In this document: piece by piece, positions 1 to 10,875 of the stretch
How positions within the stretch are numbered: the stretch's first letter is position 1
Layout: every line of letters starts with the position of its first letter
IMG/VR virus record: IMGVR_UViG_3300020046_010987
DNA length: 64,000 bases
Reading direction: 5' to 3' (one strand)
Origin: an uncultured virus (IMG/VR IMGVR_UViG_3300020046_010987)
Lineage: Duplodnaviria; Heunggongvirae; Uroviricota; Caudoviricetes
The notes under the pieces: generated by a model
Databases searched by the model: none
What the model saw: only the letters and a program-made list of their open reading frames with translations
Told to the model about the DNA's origin: nothing
Translations under genes and position numbers: made by a program

Positions 1-110
1 CCGAAGTGGTTCTTCGACAAGAAGCCGCCGCCGAAGTGGTCGAAGACGATCACGGGAGAAGCGGACGGAACCAGGCGCGACTACTGCCCGGATTGCAAGG
101 AGCCGAAGCG

Positions 111-1513
111 ATGAGCGAGCGTGATCCAGCCGAGAAGAGCATCCACGTCTTCGGTCGCAATGCATCCGGAGGACACAACGTTGGGATCACGCGGGGGAAT
201 TCCGTGGCTAACCTCGCCGGCTACGTACGACGCGCGATCCACGAACTCGAGCGCGCACTACACGATCGCGTCCACGAGGAAGCGGCATCCGGGGTACCAG
301 CAGACGTCGTACTCTCGACCGAGCTCGCGCAGTGCTCGCCGTGGTTCACGCGGACGCTCCTAGCGCATCTGCCGACGCTCGCCGAGCCGTGGCGCATCGT
401 GGACATGCGCGACGGCGAGCCGACGAAGATCGTGCGCGACGGGTACCGCGACGTAATCGCGTCGGTGCGTCGCGTCGGTCAAGGCAAGCGCGGACGCCCA
501 CGATGGACCGCGGTGGTCGGAGACACCGTCGTCTCTCCCCCAGATGTTGACGAGCGCGGCGACGCGCTGCCGATCGACTGGAGCACGCGCGAGGAGGCGC
601 AGGCCGCGTGCGACGCGCAACTTCGCGAATCCGGCGTGGTCATCGTCGACGAGGTGCAGCGATGACCCGATGTCCACAATGCGGACGGCCCGCGTGGCAA
701 TCCCATGGCGGTATGGGCGGGCACCTGCCTCCCGACGATCCCGGCGTGTGTTGGCCGCGCGGCTCGCGCGAATGCCGGCTCGTTGCCGACGCGCGCATGC
801 GCGGCATCCGAGAGGGCGTCCAGATCGCCCGCGCAAAGGCCCGCACGCGAGACGACTACTCGATCTGTTGGGATCTCGTCGATGACGAGATTGAGGCGAT
901 GGAGGCGAATCGATGACCGACGTCTACACCGACAGCGAAGGACGCCAATGCGACCTCGCGGTGATGTGCCTGCGCGAGCCTGGATGGGCCGCGAGCCGCA
1001 TCACCGTGATGCTCCGCGACATCGATCGACTCCGAGAGCAGCTCGCCGAGCATCAGGAGTCGGTCCTCGAGCTCGCGCCGATCGTGAAGGCACTGCGCGA
1101 GCATGGGAGGGGGAGATGAGCGACACGAAGCTTTCGTGCGCCGAGGTGCGCGCCGAGCGCGATCGTCTGCGGTCGAAGATCGCGAAGCACGAAAAGACGA
1201 TTCGTGAGCTGTCCGGGCGATGTCTCCACGATGAAGAGCGCGACGAGTACGACTACCAAGATCCGAAGCCGTACACGCGCTGTCTCGGATGCGGGAGGGT
1301 GCGATGAGCGAGCGACGAAACGTCATCCGCAAACTGGCCCGCGAACGTCGCATGAAGCGTCGCGATCTCGTCCACGCGGCGGGGTGCGCGTTCGATGCGT
1401 GCATCGTGAAGCGGGCCGTGTTCGACGGATACGAAATCATCAACGAAGCGAGCGCGGGCGGGATTCGGATCCCGCGGAGCATCGCGCGACGGCACGGATT
1501 GGAGGGGCGATGA
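111..1513 (+). other. Run of five translationally coupled small hypothetical phage CDS (111-665, 662-916, 913-1119, 1116-1307, 1304-1513)
   Basis: ATGA start/stop overlaps and GGAG/GAGG RBS-like motifs; no recognisable domains. Confidence 0.6.
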
Positions 1514-1863
1514 AACCGGATCTACTCGACATCTTGCAGCACTCGCTCGGCCTCGATCGCTACGGGATCTACAACGGCGCGCGCGATGGCTATCGGAACC
1601 ACTTCGCCAGCGGACCGGGCTGCGATCACTACGCCCTCTGTCGCGAACTCGTCGACGCCGGGTTCATGGTCGAGCACCAGCCGCATGCGTCGTGGCAGGA
1701 GTATTCCACATTCGTCGTGACCGATCGTGGTCGCGATGCGGTCCGCGCGAACAGTCCCGGGCGTCCGAAGGTCACACGATCGAAGGAACGCTACCGGCGA
1801 TACCTGGAAGCGGACTCGAACCTGACGTTCGGCGAGTGGATGAAATCGGAGGCAGCGCGATGA
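1510..1863 (+). CDS. Conserved phage hypothetical protein
   Basis: ILQHSLGLD...YRNHF...C.ELV..G.M pattern familiar from temperate-phage accessory genes; ATGA overlaps at both ends. Confidence 0.6.
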   Translation: MKPDLLDILQHSLGLDRYGIYNGARDGYRNHFASGPGCDHYALCRELVDAGFMVEHQPHASWQEYSTFVVTDRGRDAVRANSPGRPKVTRSKERYRRYLEADSNLTFGEWMKSEAAR

Positions 1864-2081
1864 CCCGAGTAGACCTTGAAGCCGCCGAGCTGATGCTGGA
1901 TGAGGCGACGCCGGGGCCGTGGGTCGTAGACGATGACGACCTGTCGACGATCTGGGGCGGCGGCGGAAGCGTCGTGGTCTGCGAAGGCACGATCGATTCG
2001 GCCGTTGATGGTTCGACATGCGATCGCGATCTGATCGCCGCCGCCCCGCCGCTGATTCGCGCGCTGATCGAGGAGGTGTGA
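1860..2081 (+). CDS. Ead/Ea22-like phage protein, possibly truncated by an in-frame TGA
   Basis: ATPGPW and LIAAAP..I.ALI.EV motifs; the frame continues as ELRAA into ORF 2097-2285. Confidence 0.55.
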   Translation: MTRVDLEAAELMLDEATPGPWVVDDDDLSTIWGGGGSVVVCEGTIDSAVDGSTCDRDLIAAAPPLIRALIEEV

Positions 2082-2096
2082 GAGCTGAGGGCGGCG

Positions 2097-2476
2097 ATGC
2101 CAACAGACACAAAACAACAGACCCCGCCAGTCTCTTTCGATGAGACCTCGCCCGCCGGGTTCAGTGCGCACCTTCTCGAGTCACAGCGAGGCTACGAAGC
2201 CCTGCCCAAGGCGGCCAGAGCCGCAGCTGACGCTATCCTTAATACCTGGAAGTCCCCCGAGGACGCGGAAGGCGAAGAGCCTTGAAAAGACGCCAGCAAC
2301 CGCTGACACCACATCAGCGCATCATGCGTGCTGCACGCAACGGCACAGGCGTGCGCCTGTCGGCAGAGGACGTTTGGGCACTCTCGAGGGACAATGCCAT
2401 CGCGACCTGTGCGTTGAACGATGACGAAGACGACGAAGAACAGCGAGACAAGAACATACGACGAGGCGGGACATGA
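2097..2476 (+). other. Two small hypothetical CDS (2097-2285, 2282-2476)
   Basis: Coupled ORFs within the + strand operon. Confidence 0.45.
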
Positions 2477-2676
2477 AGCCACCGAAACTCAAACCGTGCC
2501 CCTTCTGTGGCGCCAAAGCGCGCGTCTATGTCAACGGCCCCTACGTAAGCGTGGGATGCTCGGCTATCTCGTACTGCGGCGTGGTTCCCCGAACGTCCGA
2601 GGACGAAAACCATGCGGGGTCCTGCGCCAGCTGGAACCGCAGGACGCCTACGAGAAAGAAGCCTGCCCCGCCATGA
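2473..2676 (+). CDS. Lar-family (restriction alleviation-like) zinc-finger protein
   Basis: N-terminal LKPCPFCG, a second C..C pair and C-terminal WNRR. Confidence 0.65.
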   Translation: MKPPKLKPCPFCGAKARVYVNGPYVSVGCSAISYCGVVPRTSEDENHAGSCASWNRRTPTRKKPAPP

Positions 2677-3044
2677 CGTCAGATCGCATCAACGAGCTCA
2701 ATCGCCGCGCGCTTGCGCAGGCAACGCAAGCGCGCCCTACGCAAGATCCCGCGTACATCGCCTGGTGCCGCGCGAATGTACTGGCTCAAGGCTGCGAAGG
2801 ATGTCTGCCCAACCGTCCCTGTTCGTGCAGAGAGGTCGTCGACGCTGCCGATGCCTACGAACGAGAAGTATCCCGGGCAGGGCACCTCGCCAGACTCGAG
2901 TCAGACGCCGCGTTCGGTAAACAGGTACGGGCCCTGCTTGAAGCCGCGCGCGGCCGTGCTGACATCGAAGACGCGCACACGTACGCGGCGATCGTACGTG
3001 CGCACTACGCCACCCTGCCTCCTACTCAGAAAGAAAGACCATGA
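2673..3044 (+). CDS. Hypothetical protein with a Cys cluster
   Basis: ATGA overlaps; CEGC..RPCSC. Confidence 0.5.
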   Translation: MTSDRINELNRRALAQATQARPTQDPAYIAWCRANVLAQGCEGCLPNRPCSCREVVDAADAYEREVSRAGHLARLESDAAFGKQVRALLEAARGRADIEDAHTYAAIVRAHYATLPPTQKERP

Positions 3045-4027
3045 CCTACGAAGCCCTCGATCTCGAATCTCTCAGGTTCTTCCGCGACACCGTAGAACAG
3101 TTCGTGGCCCAGAAGAAGGCCGATGGCCCCCGCGCCCCCGTCGGACAGGCCGTGCACCCCGACACCCTCCTCGCGCTCTGCGACGCGGCTCTCGTGGGCC
3201 TGTCCGTGCAGCCGACAACTCCCGTGTCCCCGGTCGACCGCGCGACTATCGAGGCGCTCACCACCGACCTCGCGGCGGAGCGAAGTCTGCGCATCATGCG
3301 CGATCGGCTCGTCAAACAACTCACGGAGGACCTCACGGAGGTGCAGATCGGCCGCGACAACTACATGCGGAACGTGGCACGCCAACGAGACGCGGTGCGC
3401 GCGGAGTACCGGAGCCTCTATCACCACGTCGGAGAGCTCATCGTGGCCCTCGACGGCGGGAGCTCCGAGCGCTGGCGGAGCGAAGTCTACGCGGCCTCGA
3501 TGACGTGGGCGCAGGCGCGCATCCAGACGTTGCTCACGGCGGAGGCCGAGCTCGCAACGGAGAAGCACACGGCTGCCCCGACACCCGGGCATGCAGAGGC
3601 GGGGGCGGAGGCGCGCATCGCGGAGCTCGAGCGGCAGCTCAAGAAGCGCGGGGAGCGCGCCCAGCGCGCGGTCGAGGCGCGAATGCAGGCCCTGCTGATG
3701 CGGGAGGCGATGCGGGCCTCCATCCTCGCGCACGTGCCGCATTGCAACGCTCTCGGAAGGCTTCACGGCTGCGTCGAGGACGCCGGGCTCCCCGTAGAGG
3801 AGCGGGACGAGCTGCTCACGGCACTTCGTAAGCTCGAAGCGCTCCGCGACATCCACGCAATCGCAGAGCCCGCCACCACGCCGGCGTTCGAGCTGACGCC
3901 CGAAGAAGCCGCCGACGTCACGCCTGCGGACCCGTCGACGTCCTCCACGCACGCGTACGTGTGGATGCCGCGAACCCTCCTGGCGCGGCTTCGGGAGTTC
4001 GCCAACGCACCGCGCACGGCCGAGTGA
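3041..4027 (+). CDS. Hypothetical coiled-coil protein (328 aa)
   Basis: AGAAAG RBS-like motif, high-GC3 codon usage, helical heptads. Confidence 0.65.
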   Translation: MTYEALDLESLRFFRDTVEQFVAQKKADGPRAPVGQAVHPDTLLALCDAALVGLSVQPTTPVSPVDRATIEALTTDLAAERSLRIMRDRLVKQLTEDLTEVQIGRDNYMRNVARQRDAVRAEYRSLYHHVGELIVALDGGSSERWRSEVYAASMTWAQARIQTLLTAEAELATEKHTAAPTPGHAEAGAEARIAELERQLKKRGERAQRAVEARMQALLMREAMRASILAHVPHCNALGRLHGCVEDAGLPVEERDELLTALRKLEALRDIHAIAEPATTPAFELTPEEAADVTPADPSTSSTHAYVWMPRTLLARLREFANAPRTAE

Positions 4028-5652
4028 TGTCCAAGAAGAAGTGCACGACAGGGAGCATCGTCGACCAGGCGAAGGCCTTGGTCGATGACAAACAGCGCCT
4101 CACCAAGGAGGTAGAGAAGCTGCGCGAGTGGCAGAAGAAGTACACGCAGGTGCGCAACGGTCTCACGGCGCGGATGGACGCCGCAGAGCGCCGCGCGAAG
4201 AAAGCCGAGCAGCTCGCGGCGACTTGGCGTCTCTACGCCAAGCGCCTCGAGACGCACGTGAAAGGGCCCGTGATCTCAGTCGAGCGCGGGTTCGTGAAGG
4301 CGCACGCGGAAGCCGCGCCGGAAGCCAACCATGAAGCCTGGATGCAGGCGATGAAGTGAGGACGATGTGAGAGAAAAGAAGAAGCACAAGATGACGCTGC
4401 CGCGAGGGACGAAAGCCCTCAAGGCCAAGATCACGGTGTTCGGGCACACGCTCGAGTTCACACGGCCCGACACCGACACGCACCTGTTCTCGGCCACACT
4501 GCCCTGGACGTCTTCGCCGTTATCGTTGCGCATCCCAGTAGCCGGGGCCGATACGCGGTACCGCGCGACGCTGTTCAACCGCTTCACCTACGAGGCTTCC
4601 GCCGAGAGGGCTCTCGAGCGGCTTGTGACGAACGAGCTCAGCTCGGGGCAGGCCACGCTCGAGACGTCGGTCACCCGCGAGATCGAAAACACTCTCGACA
4701 AGCTATGCCGCCTGCGCGACAACCAGAAGGCGCTCGCGAAGGAACACACGGTCTTCCAGGCGTTCAAGCGTCCCGTGAAGAAGAAGAAGAGGGGCGCGTG
4801 AGCGCTGGGTGGCTGCCTCGTCGCCGTGAACGTGAGGGCGGGCAATGCGCGTCCTGCCCCTTCCTCGACGACAACGACAAGGCGTTCGCAGGCGTCGTCA
4901 ACGCCTTGCGACGCAAGAACCACCTCCCCGACGTCGATCCCGACAGCGAGATCGTCGAGTCTGCGCGAGAGAGTATGCATCTCGATGTGCTCTTCGGGTC
5001 CGGGGACTTCGTGTGTCACACCACCGCCTACGGCCCGGAGATGAGCGTCACACCGGTGCAGGAACATCGCCAATGCCCCGGAGCAACGAAACTCAAAAAG
5101 GAAACAGAGGTGCGTGTTGTTGCAATAGCCTCGGGAGATTGAGCAGCTGCGACACGATCTGACGCAAGCGGACCGTGCACATACGCACTATGCCGCGAAA
5201 CGACGCGTCGAAAAGATCTATGCCCTTTGCGATCTCGCACTCGAAGCCCTTCAACACCGCAAAGGTCTCGAAGAACAACTAGCACGACTTCTGGCGCTGG
5301 AACAAGGCCCGGTGCCTACCGTCGATCAGGTCCTTGAACAACTCAAGGCCCTGCATGCAGCCGAAGACAAAGAAGAAAGCGGGGATGAATGACGCGGGAA
5401 AACATCACCTCATGTGTACTGCTGTTGCTGCTCGCGTGCGGCCTCTTCGCAATCGTAGTGCTAGTCGAAAGGACAACAGAAGAAGAGGTAGCGGCCTACG
5501 AAATAGAGCGCGCCCGCATACGGCGCTGGCACCACAACTGCCGCCAGCTCCACGGCGTTCCCGTCTACTACATCCCGCAGCGCGCCACCTGCGTCTCCAC
5601 GGCCACAGGCCGGCCCCTCGACCCCTATGCCGCACCTCCCTCCGCGGACTAA
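4027..5652 (+). other. Small hypothetical CDS (4027-4359 coiled coil; 4367-4801; 4798-5142 Cys/His Zn-binding-like; 5389-5652 membrane-anchored)
   Basis: Coupled ORFs; C..CPF...F.CH...HRQCPG in 4798-5142; N-terminal TM helix in 5389-5652. Confidence 0.55.
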
Positions 5653-5959
5653 CATCCCGGGCTCGCCCGTCTTGCAATATCTGAAGGTCTCGGACGCCTT
5701 TTTGCATGAACGGCTCTGTCAAATGCTCCAAGACGAACTCCCCCTGGTGAACTGCACCGAGGTCACAGCGAGCATGTCCGGGGTGCCCGCTGCACTCAGG
5801 ATAGCGGTACACGGAAGCGTTGAGATATTTGGTTACCCCGTGCCGTGGGGCATCGCGGGCTCCTTCCCCACACCAGTCCCCGCACAGATCCCTATGTCCC
5901 CGCTAGACACCGTGATCTCCCGTTTCCGACACCATGTCCGCGGCGGGGCCTCCAAGTGA
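5627..5959 (+). CDS. EVFGYP-family paralog 1, function unknown
   Basis: VHGSVEIFGYPVPW. Confidence 0.5.
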   Translation: MPHLPPRTNIPGSPVLQYLKVSDAFLHERLCQMLQDELPLVNCTEVTASMSGVPAALRIAVHGSVEIFGYPVPWGIAGSFPTPVPAQIPMSPLDTVISRFRHHVRGGASK

Positions 5960-6264
5960 CCGCGCTCAAAACGTTCGTGGAGGCTGCTGCAGAACGCACC
6001 ACCGGCCGGCTCAATAGGTCCTTGCGCACGACTTGGCCGTGCCACAAATGCGACCGGGTCATCATTACCAGGAGGGGTAGCGGCTATACATTTGTGGCCA
6101 CGGGCGTATACGAAGTCTTCGGATACCCGTTCCGCTGGCGCGTTTCCAAACACACCGTCATCGGCATTGATGAGAGGTATTCTACAAGCAGACTCGCGGC
6201 CGCAGTAGCTCGTCGTATTATCAATGCTCTGTACGATTTTTACCCCAGAGATAATCCCGCATGA
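5956..6264 (+). CDS. EVFGYP-family paralog 2, function unknown
   Basis: GTG start overlapping the previous stop; TGVYEVFGYPFRW. Confidence 0.55.
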   Translation: MTALKTFVEAAAERTTGRLNRSLRTTWPCHKCDRVIITRRGSGYTFVATGVYEVFGYPFRWRVSKHTVIGIDERYSTSRLAAAVARRIINALYDFYPRDNPA

Positions 6265-7683
6265 AACCTCCTATGCCTGCGTGGCTCACGCACCTGTTCA
6301 CGCGGGTCGGCGCCTTCACCCCACAACAACGAGAAGTGGAGAAGCTCCGCGAAGAGATCGTCCGCATGCAGGCAGCCGAAGCCTCGCGGGGCCTCGTCTA
6401 CTTCAATCACGTCGACAGCACCTGGATCGCTATTCCGCGTACCGAGCTCTCTGGGCTCAAGGCGCAAGCGGCGTTCGGTGTCGTCGAGTTCTTCCACGGA
6501 CTGCAGCTGTGGCAGGCGCGGGAAACCGTGCTGCGCCGGTTCCTCACCCCCATCTACCTCGTGAAGAAGTTCAATGCCTGATCTCGTCTGGAAGTTCGAA
6601 GTCCGGAAGATGACCGGACAGGGAGAAGCGGAAAGCGTGCTCGAAGCAGTAGCCGCCGTTACCCAGGAGCGCGCCGAACAGGAGACCCCGACGTGAGAAG
6701 TGCCGACAACGATTCCATCGTGTTCACCGCCATCGTGATCGCAGTTCTCGCCATCATCGGCGGCGCGGTGCTCCTAGCCAGGACGCAGGTCGAAGAAATG
6801 GACCAGCTGCAGCGGGCCTGTGAGGCACGGGGCGGGTCCTGGGGCCCCACAGGCTATTCCATCATCTACGACGGCAAGGCGGGGGTCACCTACGGCTGCA
6901 TCGAGGACGCCGCACAGTCCTCAGGCGGAGAGGCCACGGATGGACGATAAGGCCTTGGCAGCCATCCAAGAACGCGACCGGCGCTGGGAGCTCCGCTCAG
7001 CAAAGGTACGTCGACAGGCAGAGATCGACCGGCACGCGCTGCTCGAGCATGTTGCCGAGCTCGAAAACCGCCTCGACGCCTGTGCGCCTGTCACACTCGA
7101 AGGCAGCGCTCCGACCACCCTGTCCAAGACGCCCGATGACCCCGGATGACCTGCTGCGGGCGCTGAACTGCCCGTACTCCCGGAGCGCGCTCGTTCCGCC
7201 CGAGCACGTCTGCGCACGCTGTGGGGCGGAGAATCGCGCCCACGCCCCTCCAGGGCAGTCCATCGCCGATCTTGGGATGGTGCACCCCGATCACCCTGGA
7301 TGGAAGGCCGTGGAGCGCGCCCTGCGCGCAGAAGGCGAAGCAAAGACGCTCGGCGGCGCCACCGAGAACATGTCACGGATGCTGCTACGTATCCGGGCGG
7401 CGACCGCGCTGTCGCACTACCAACGCGCAGTCCTCGTGAATCTGCGCAACTATCTCAACCACCTACTCCGAGATCCCTGATGCCTCGTCCCAAGAAAATC
7501 TCGCCGACCCCCACACGCTTCACGGGACGCCGGCCCTATATCCGCATGCGCGACGGCGCCACCGCCTACGTGGAGCAGGTGCGAGAGACCCTCGTCCTGT
7601 ACCGCAGAGGCACGGGCACCGAACTCCTTCAGCTGAAGAAGTCGCTCTTCTTGCAGCACTACCGCCTGTCTCCGGAGGCCTGA
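6261..7683 (+). other. Small hypothetical CDS (6261-6581, 6693-6950 TM, 6940-7149, 7136-7480, 7480-7683)
   Basis: Coupled ORFs with plausible codon usage. Confidence 0.5.
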
Positions 7684-7792
7684 CATGGAGCTTTTTGAAG
7701 ACGCGCTGTGGATGGGCGTGCTCGGCGTTGCGGTCTTCTTCTTGTGGCGCAACGCTCGAGCAGGCTGGCGAAAAGACGACTAGGAGGCTCCG

Positions 7793-8104
7793 GTGAAGCA
7801 TGCGTTCGTGCAGTCGTGGAAACGGTACACCATGTCGTGGGCGTCCCCAGGTATGAAAGAAAATAGAGGCACAGTGCGCGTGCGCGTCTGGGGAAAGCTG
7901 CCCATCTCCGACATACACGGATACGGCAAATACCCCAACGGGGAACAAACGCGGTGCTACAAACTGTCCACGCCCGAAGACGTAACCGAGTATTTGCGCC
8001 CATGGAAGAAGGGCGACGCGGTGTTTGCTCGCATCGAGAACGATCGTGCCATCTGGGAACGGCTGCGCGTGTTCAAGGCCAACAGACGAAAGGCTGCGCG
8101 ATGA
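7793..8104 (+). CDS. MKH-family paralog 1
   Basis: GTG start after AGGAGG; begins (M)KHAFVQSW. Confidence 0.7.
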   Translation: MKHAFVQSWKRYTMSWASPGMKENRGTVRVRVWGKLPISDIHGYGKYPNGEQTRCYKLSTPEDVTEYLRPWKKGDAVFARIENDRAIWERLRVFKANRRKAAR

Positions 8105-8373
8105 AGCACACCTTCGTAGACGCGTGGCAGCGCTGCATCTACACGACAAGCCTACACTCCCCAGCGGTGTACCGTGACGCCGACATGCGACTCGGATACG
8201 CGGGGTACGGAGGCGGGGACATTCGCCGCAGTTTTCGCGAACACAGCGGCACGATTATCACACGCGTCGAACCACTCCCGTACCTCGGCAGCTTCGTGCC
8301 ACGGAAACATGCCCGCCGTCGCCATATTCCTCTTCCCGTCCCCTCTCCCCGAAAGATGGTGCTCAAAAAATGA
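8101..8373 (+). CDS. MKH-family paralog 2
   Basis: MKHTFVDAW; ATGA overlap. Confidence 0.7.
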   Translation: MKHTFVDAWQRCIYTTSLHSPAVYRDADMRLGYAGYGGGDIRRSFREHSGTIITRVEPLPYLGSFVPRKHARRRHIPLPVPSPRKMVLKK

Positions 8374-8552
8374 ACTTCCAAGAAGCCGAACGGCTCTTCC
8401 GTACCCAGTACCCGTCTCCTGCCCAAGACCGCAGCGCAGCGCGTGAATCTTGGGGCGTCTTCATCGACGCCTTGTGCAAGGGCGGTGAGATCACGCTCAC
8501 ACAATACGAAACGTGGGGCTACCCCACTTATCTCCAATCCAGGTCAGGCTAG
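8370..8552 (+). CDS. Small hypothetical protein
   Basis: W..FIDALCK.GEIT..QY..W motif; ATGA overlap. Confidence 0.6.
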   Translation: MNFQEAERLFRTQYPSPAQDRSAARESWGVFIDALCKGGEITLTQYETWGYPTYLQSRSG

Positions 8553-8575
8553 TCGTGTCGTCCCCCATACACCCG

Positions 8576-8875
8576 ATGACGCCTCCGGGGATACAACCAG
8601 CGCGACTACTGCTCCTTCTACGCGACGCTCTTCCCAAAGACTCTCCATGGATCGAGCTCGCGGAGTTGCAGATTTGGGAGGACCCGGGGGGACAGATTCT
8701 CATGGGAAGAGTGCACGGCGTGTTCGAAGTGTTCGGCTACCCCTTTGCCCGCGCCGTGGTTGCAGGCGTTCGCATCACCAAGCGCCCGTCCCCGACGACC
8801 CTCAGCATCGCGTTGCTCGAAGGACTCGGGGCAGCACTCCGAGGCCCCACAGAGCCTCTTGCACCCGTACCGTAA
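8576..8875 (+). CDS. EVFGYP-family paralog 3, function unknown
   Basis: VHGVFEVFGYPFAR; start uncertain. Confidence 0.5.
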   Translation: MTPPGIQPARLLLLLRDALPKDSPWIELAELQIWEDPGGQILMGRVHGVFEVFGYPFARAVVAGVRITKRPSPTTLSIALLEGLGAALRGPTEPLAPVP

Positions 8876-8910
8876 GCATGATATTTCCGTGGCCGGAGAC
8901 TACACCAACC

Positions 8911-9336
8911 ATGTCTGAAACCGCCGCCACTACCCACACTGCCGTCGCCGGCAACCCCAAGCGCCACAACAACGCTGCGCGTTTCGTGCAGCGCTTCTGC
9001 TTCGACAACCGCAAGCTGCCGACCATCGACGAAGTCGTCGACGGGGCCAAGGTGACGCGCCCCGGCGCCATCCAGGCCATCAAGGTCCAGGCGAAGGTTC
9101 TCGGCTTCGACATCCCGAAGCACCCGAAGGGCCGCAAGGCGCAGCTCGAGGGCGTCGACCTTCCTGGCCAGCTCGCGGTCCTCGCGGCAGCGTTCCCGGC
9201 CTGCACCGTCAAGCAGCTCACGGCAGCCCTCGCGGGCATGCATGGCTGCTCCTCGAGCCTGATCACGGCGCGTGCCGCAGAGCAGCGCAAGGCCGCAGCG
9301 CCGGTCGCCGGGATGGCAGACAGCGCCGCGGCCTGA
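8911..9336 (+). CDS. Putative HTH DNA-binding protein
   Basis: GGAG RBS; LPTIDEVVDGAKVTRPGAIQAI is HTH-like; strongly GC3-biased codons; followed by a terminator. Confidence 0.5.
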   Translation: MSETAATTHTAVAGNPKRHNNAARFVQRFCFDNRKLPTIDEVVDGAKVTRPGAIQAIKVQAKVLGFDIPKHPKGRKAQLEGVDLPGQLAVLAAAFPACTVKQLTAALAGMHGCSSSLITARAAEQRKAAAPVAGMADSAAA

Positions 9337-9357
9337 CTTCACAGTCCGCGGAGTCCG

Positions 9358-9397
9358 AACGCCCCCTGGACAACTCCAGGGGGCGTTTTCTTTTTCT
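9358..9397 (+). terminator. Rho-independent terminator
   Basis: 13-bp perfect stem AACGCCCCCTGGA/TCCAGGGGGCGTT, 4-nt loop, T-rich tail. Confidence 0.85.
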
Positions 9398-9408
9398 TGG
9401 AGGCTGGC

Positions 9409-9756
9409 ATGAAGCACGCATTTGTGAGCCCGTGGTACGCCGTGAACAGCAGCCTCTGGGGGCGCACCATTCCTGGCGGCTGGGAAGAACGCGTGTTGCC
9501 GCCTATGCGTACGTCACGAGACCTGCCTAAGAGTCGAAGTTGGTTCGGGCCATATGTACCGGAGACGTCCGCGCGGACATACATACACCGCCGCATGTTC
9601 ACACACTTCCCTTGCCCTTCCCGAGACTATGACGCACGGGTCAACTGGCACGCACGTGCTCCGCATCTCGTCCGGGCGTATGACCACGCTCGTAATCGCG
9701 CGGCCGTGCTGGCGAGACGCGCACCTGAGCTCTTCCGCAAAGGAACGCCACTATGA
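9409..9756 (+). CDS. MKH-family paralog 3
   Basis: GGAGG RBS; MKHAFVSPW. Confidence 0.75.
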   Translation: MKHAFVSPWYAVNSSLWGRTIPGGWEERVLPPMRTSRDLPKSRSWFGPYVPETSARTYIHRRMFTHFPCPSRDYDARVNWHARAPHLVRAYDHARNRAAVLARRAPELFRKGTPL

Positions 9757-10121
9757 AACACGCACTTACGGGGCCTTGGGTCTTCGAGAGCGCAGCCTAC
9801 TGGGTTCGAGACGTAGGAACCTGCTGGGAAGAGCGGCGGTTAGCGACAATTCGCTACGCTCGAACGACGCCTACGCACGACACTCGTGCCGGGAACCCGG
9901 GCCCGGGGTTCCCGCGCAGCGCGCCTCCCCCTCTTCGAATACGCCCCACCACACTACTATTCGAAGATTTAGAGTGCGCGCACAGTCTCTGGAGGCGTGC
10001 CGGGCACATCTACCATATATCTGCGTACGAAGACGCGCGGACTCGAGCTCGAGCTCACGCAGACGACGCAGCCTACGTCTTCTACACTCCCATCCGTGTT
10101 CCGGCCAAGAGAAAACGATGA
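9753..10121 (+). CDS. MKH-family paralog 4
   Basis: MKHALTGPW; ATGA overlap. Confidence 0.75.
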   Translation: MKHALTGPWVFESAAYWVRDVGTCWEERRLATIRYARTTPTHDTRAGNPGPGFPRSAPPPLRIRPTTLLFEDLECAHSLWRRAGHIYHISAYEDARTRARAHADDAAYVFYTPIRVPAKRKR

Positions 10122-10504
10122 AGCACGTGTTCGTGAGCGCGTGGCATACCCAAGATCTTTTACACGAAGTGCGTGTGCCGAGGTTCCCAACCCGCGGCGC
10201 TACGCTTGCTCAGATCGAACAGCGCAGCCTTCACATCAATAGGTATGCTCGCGCAACCTATACCCGCGTCAGTGTGAGCACAGTGGTGGCTACGGCGCTG
10301 CCGCGGGACACGCGGAAACTACGTCCGCCATCGCGTGTCCCCATGGTGTACGACGGAGGGGCCTATCTGCTGCACGTGCGGCACGTAAAGGATCCCTCGC
10401 GCAGCGGCCTGTACCTGCCAGATACGCGGATACGCAAAGCTGCAGCGCTTGCGTGGTTGCTGGCGCCGCGACTCAAAGACCCCTATGCCAAGGTGCAGCC
10501 GTGA
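10118..10504 (+). CDS. MKH-family paralog 5
   Basis: MKHVFVSAW; ATGA overlap. Confidence 0.75.
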   Translation: MKHVFVSAWHTQDLLHEVRVPRFPTRGATLAQIEQRSLHINRYARATYTRVSVSTVVATALPRDTRKLRPPSRVPMVYDGGAYLLHVRHVKDPSRSGLYLPDTRIRKAAALAWLLAPRLKDPYAKVQP

Positions 10505-10875
10505 AGCACGCGTTCACCGCACGCTGGCAGCTGATCACGGCGCACATTGAGATCCGGCTACTTACGCATCCGCGCATGCACGAGAGCCGTGTTCTGGAGC
10601 AAACACGCGCCGCGCGCGAACAGATGTCTCCCTGTGTAACCGTACAGGAAGCCTGCTTTCGAACGCACGACACGGTGTCTCGAAAGCGGCCACCGCGCCT
10701 CCGTCCATATCTTACGAGTACCAACCGTGCATTGTGGTTGCGATTAGCGGCCCTCCAGGGCTTCCCCGACCCGTGGAATCATCACCGTGCCGCGGAGGCG
10801 CATGTCCGAGCTCGCAACAATGCCCGAAAGGCCCGTCCCTATCTCACAAACCCCTACGCCAAGGTGCCCCCATGA
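10501..10875 (+). CDS. MKH-family paralog 6
   Basis: (M)KHAFTARW; GTGA overlap. Confidence 0.75.
   Translation: MKHAFTARWQLITAHIEIRLLTHPRMHESRVLEQTRAAREQMSPCVTVQEACFRTHDTVSRKRPPRLRPYLTSTNRALWLRLAALQGFPDPWNHHRAAEAHVRARNNARKARPYLTNPYAKVPP

Noticed and set aside
9554..10504. Extended ORF calls upstream of MKH starts (7954, 9554, 10453, 10734, 12182, 12637)
   Set aside because: The true starts are the conserved MKH codons overlapping the previous stop
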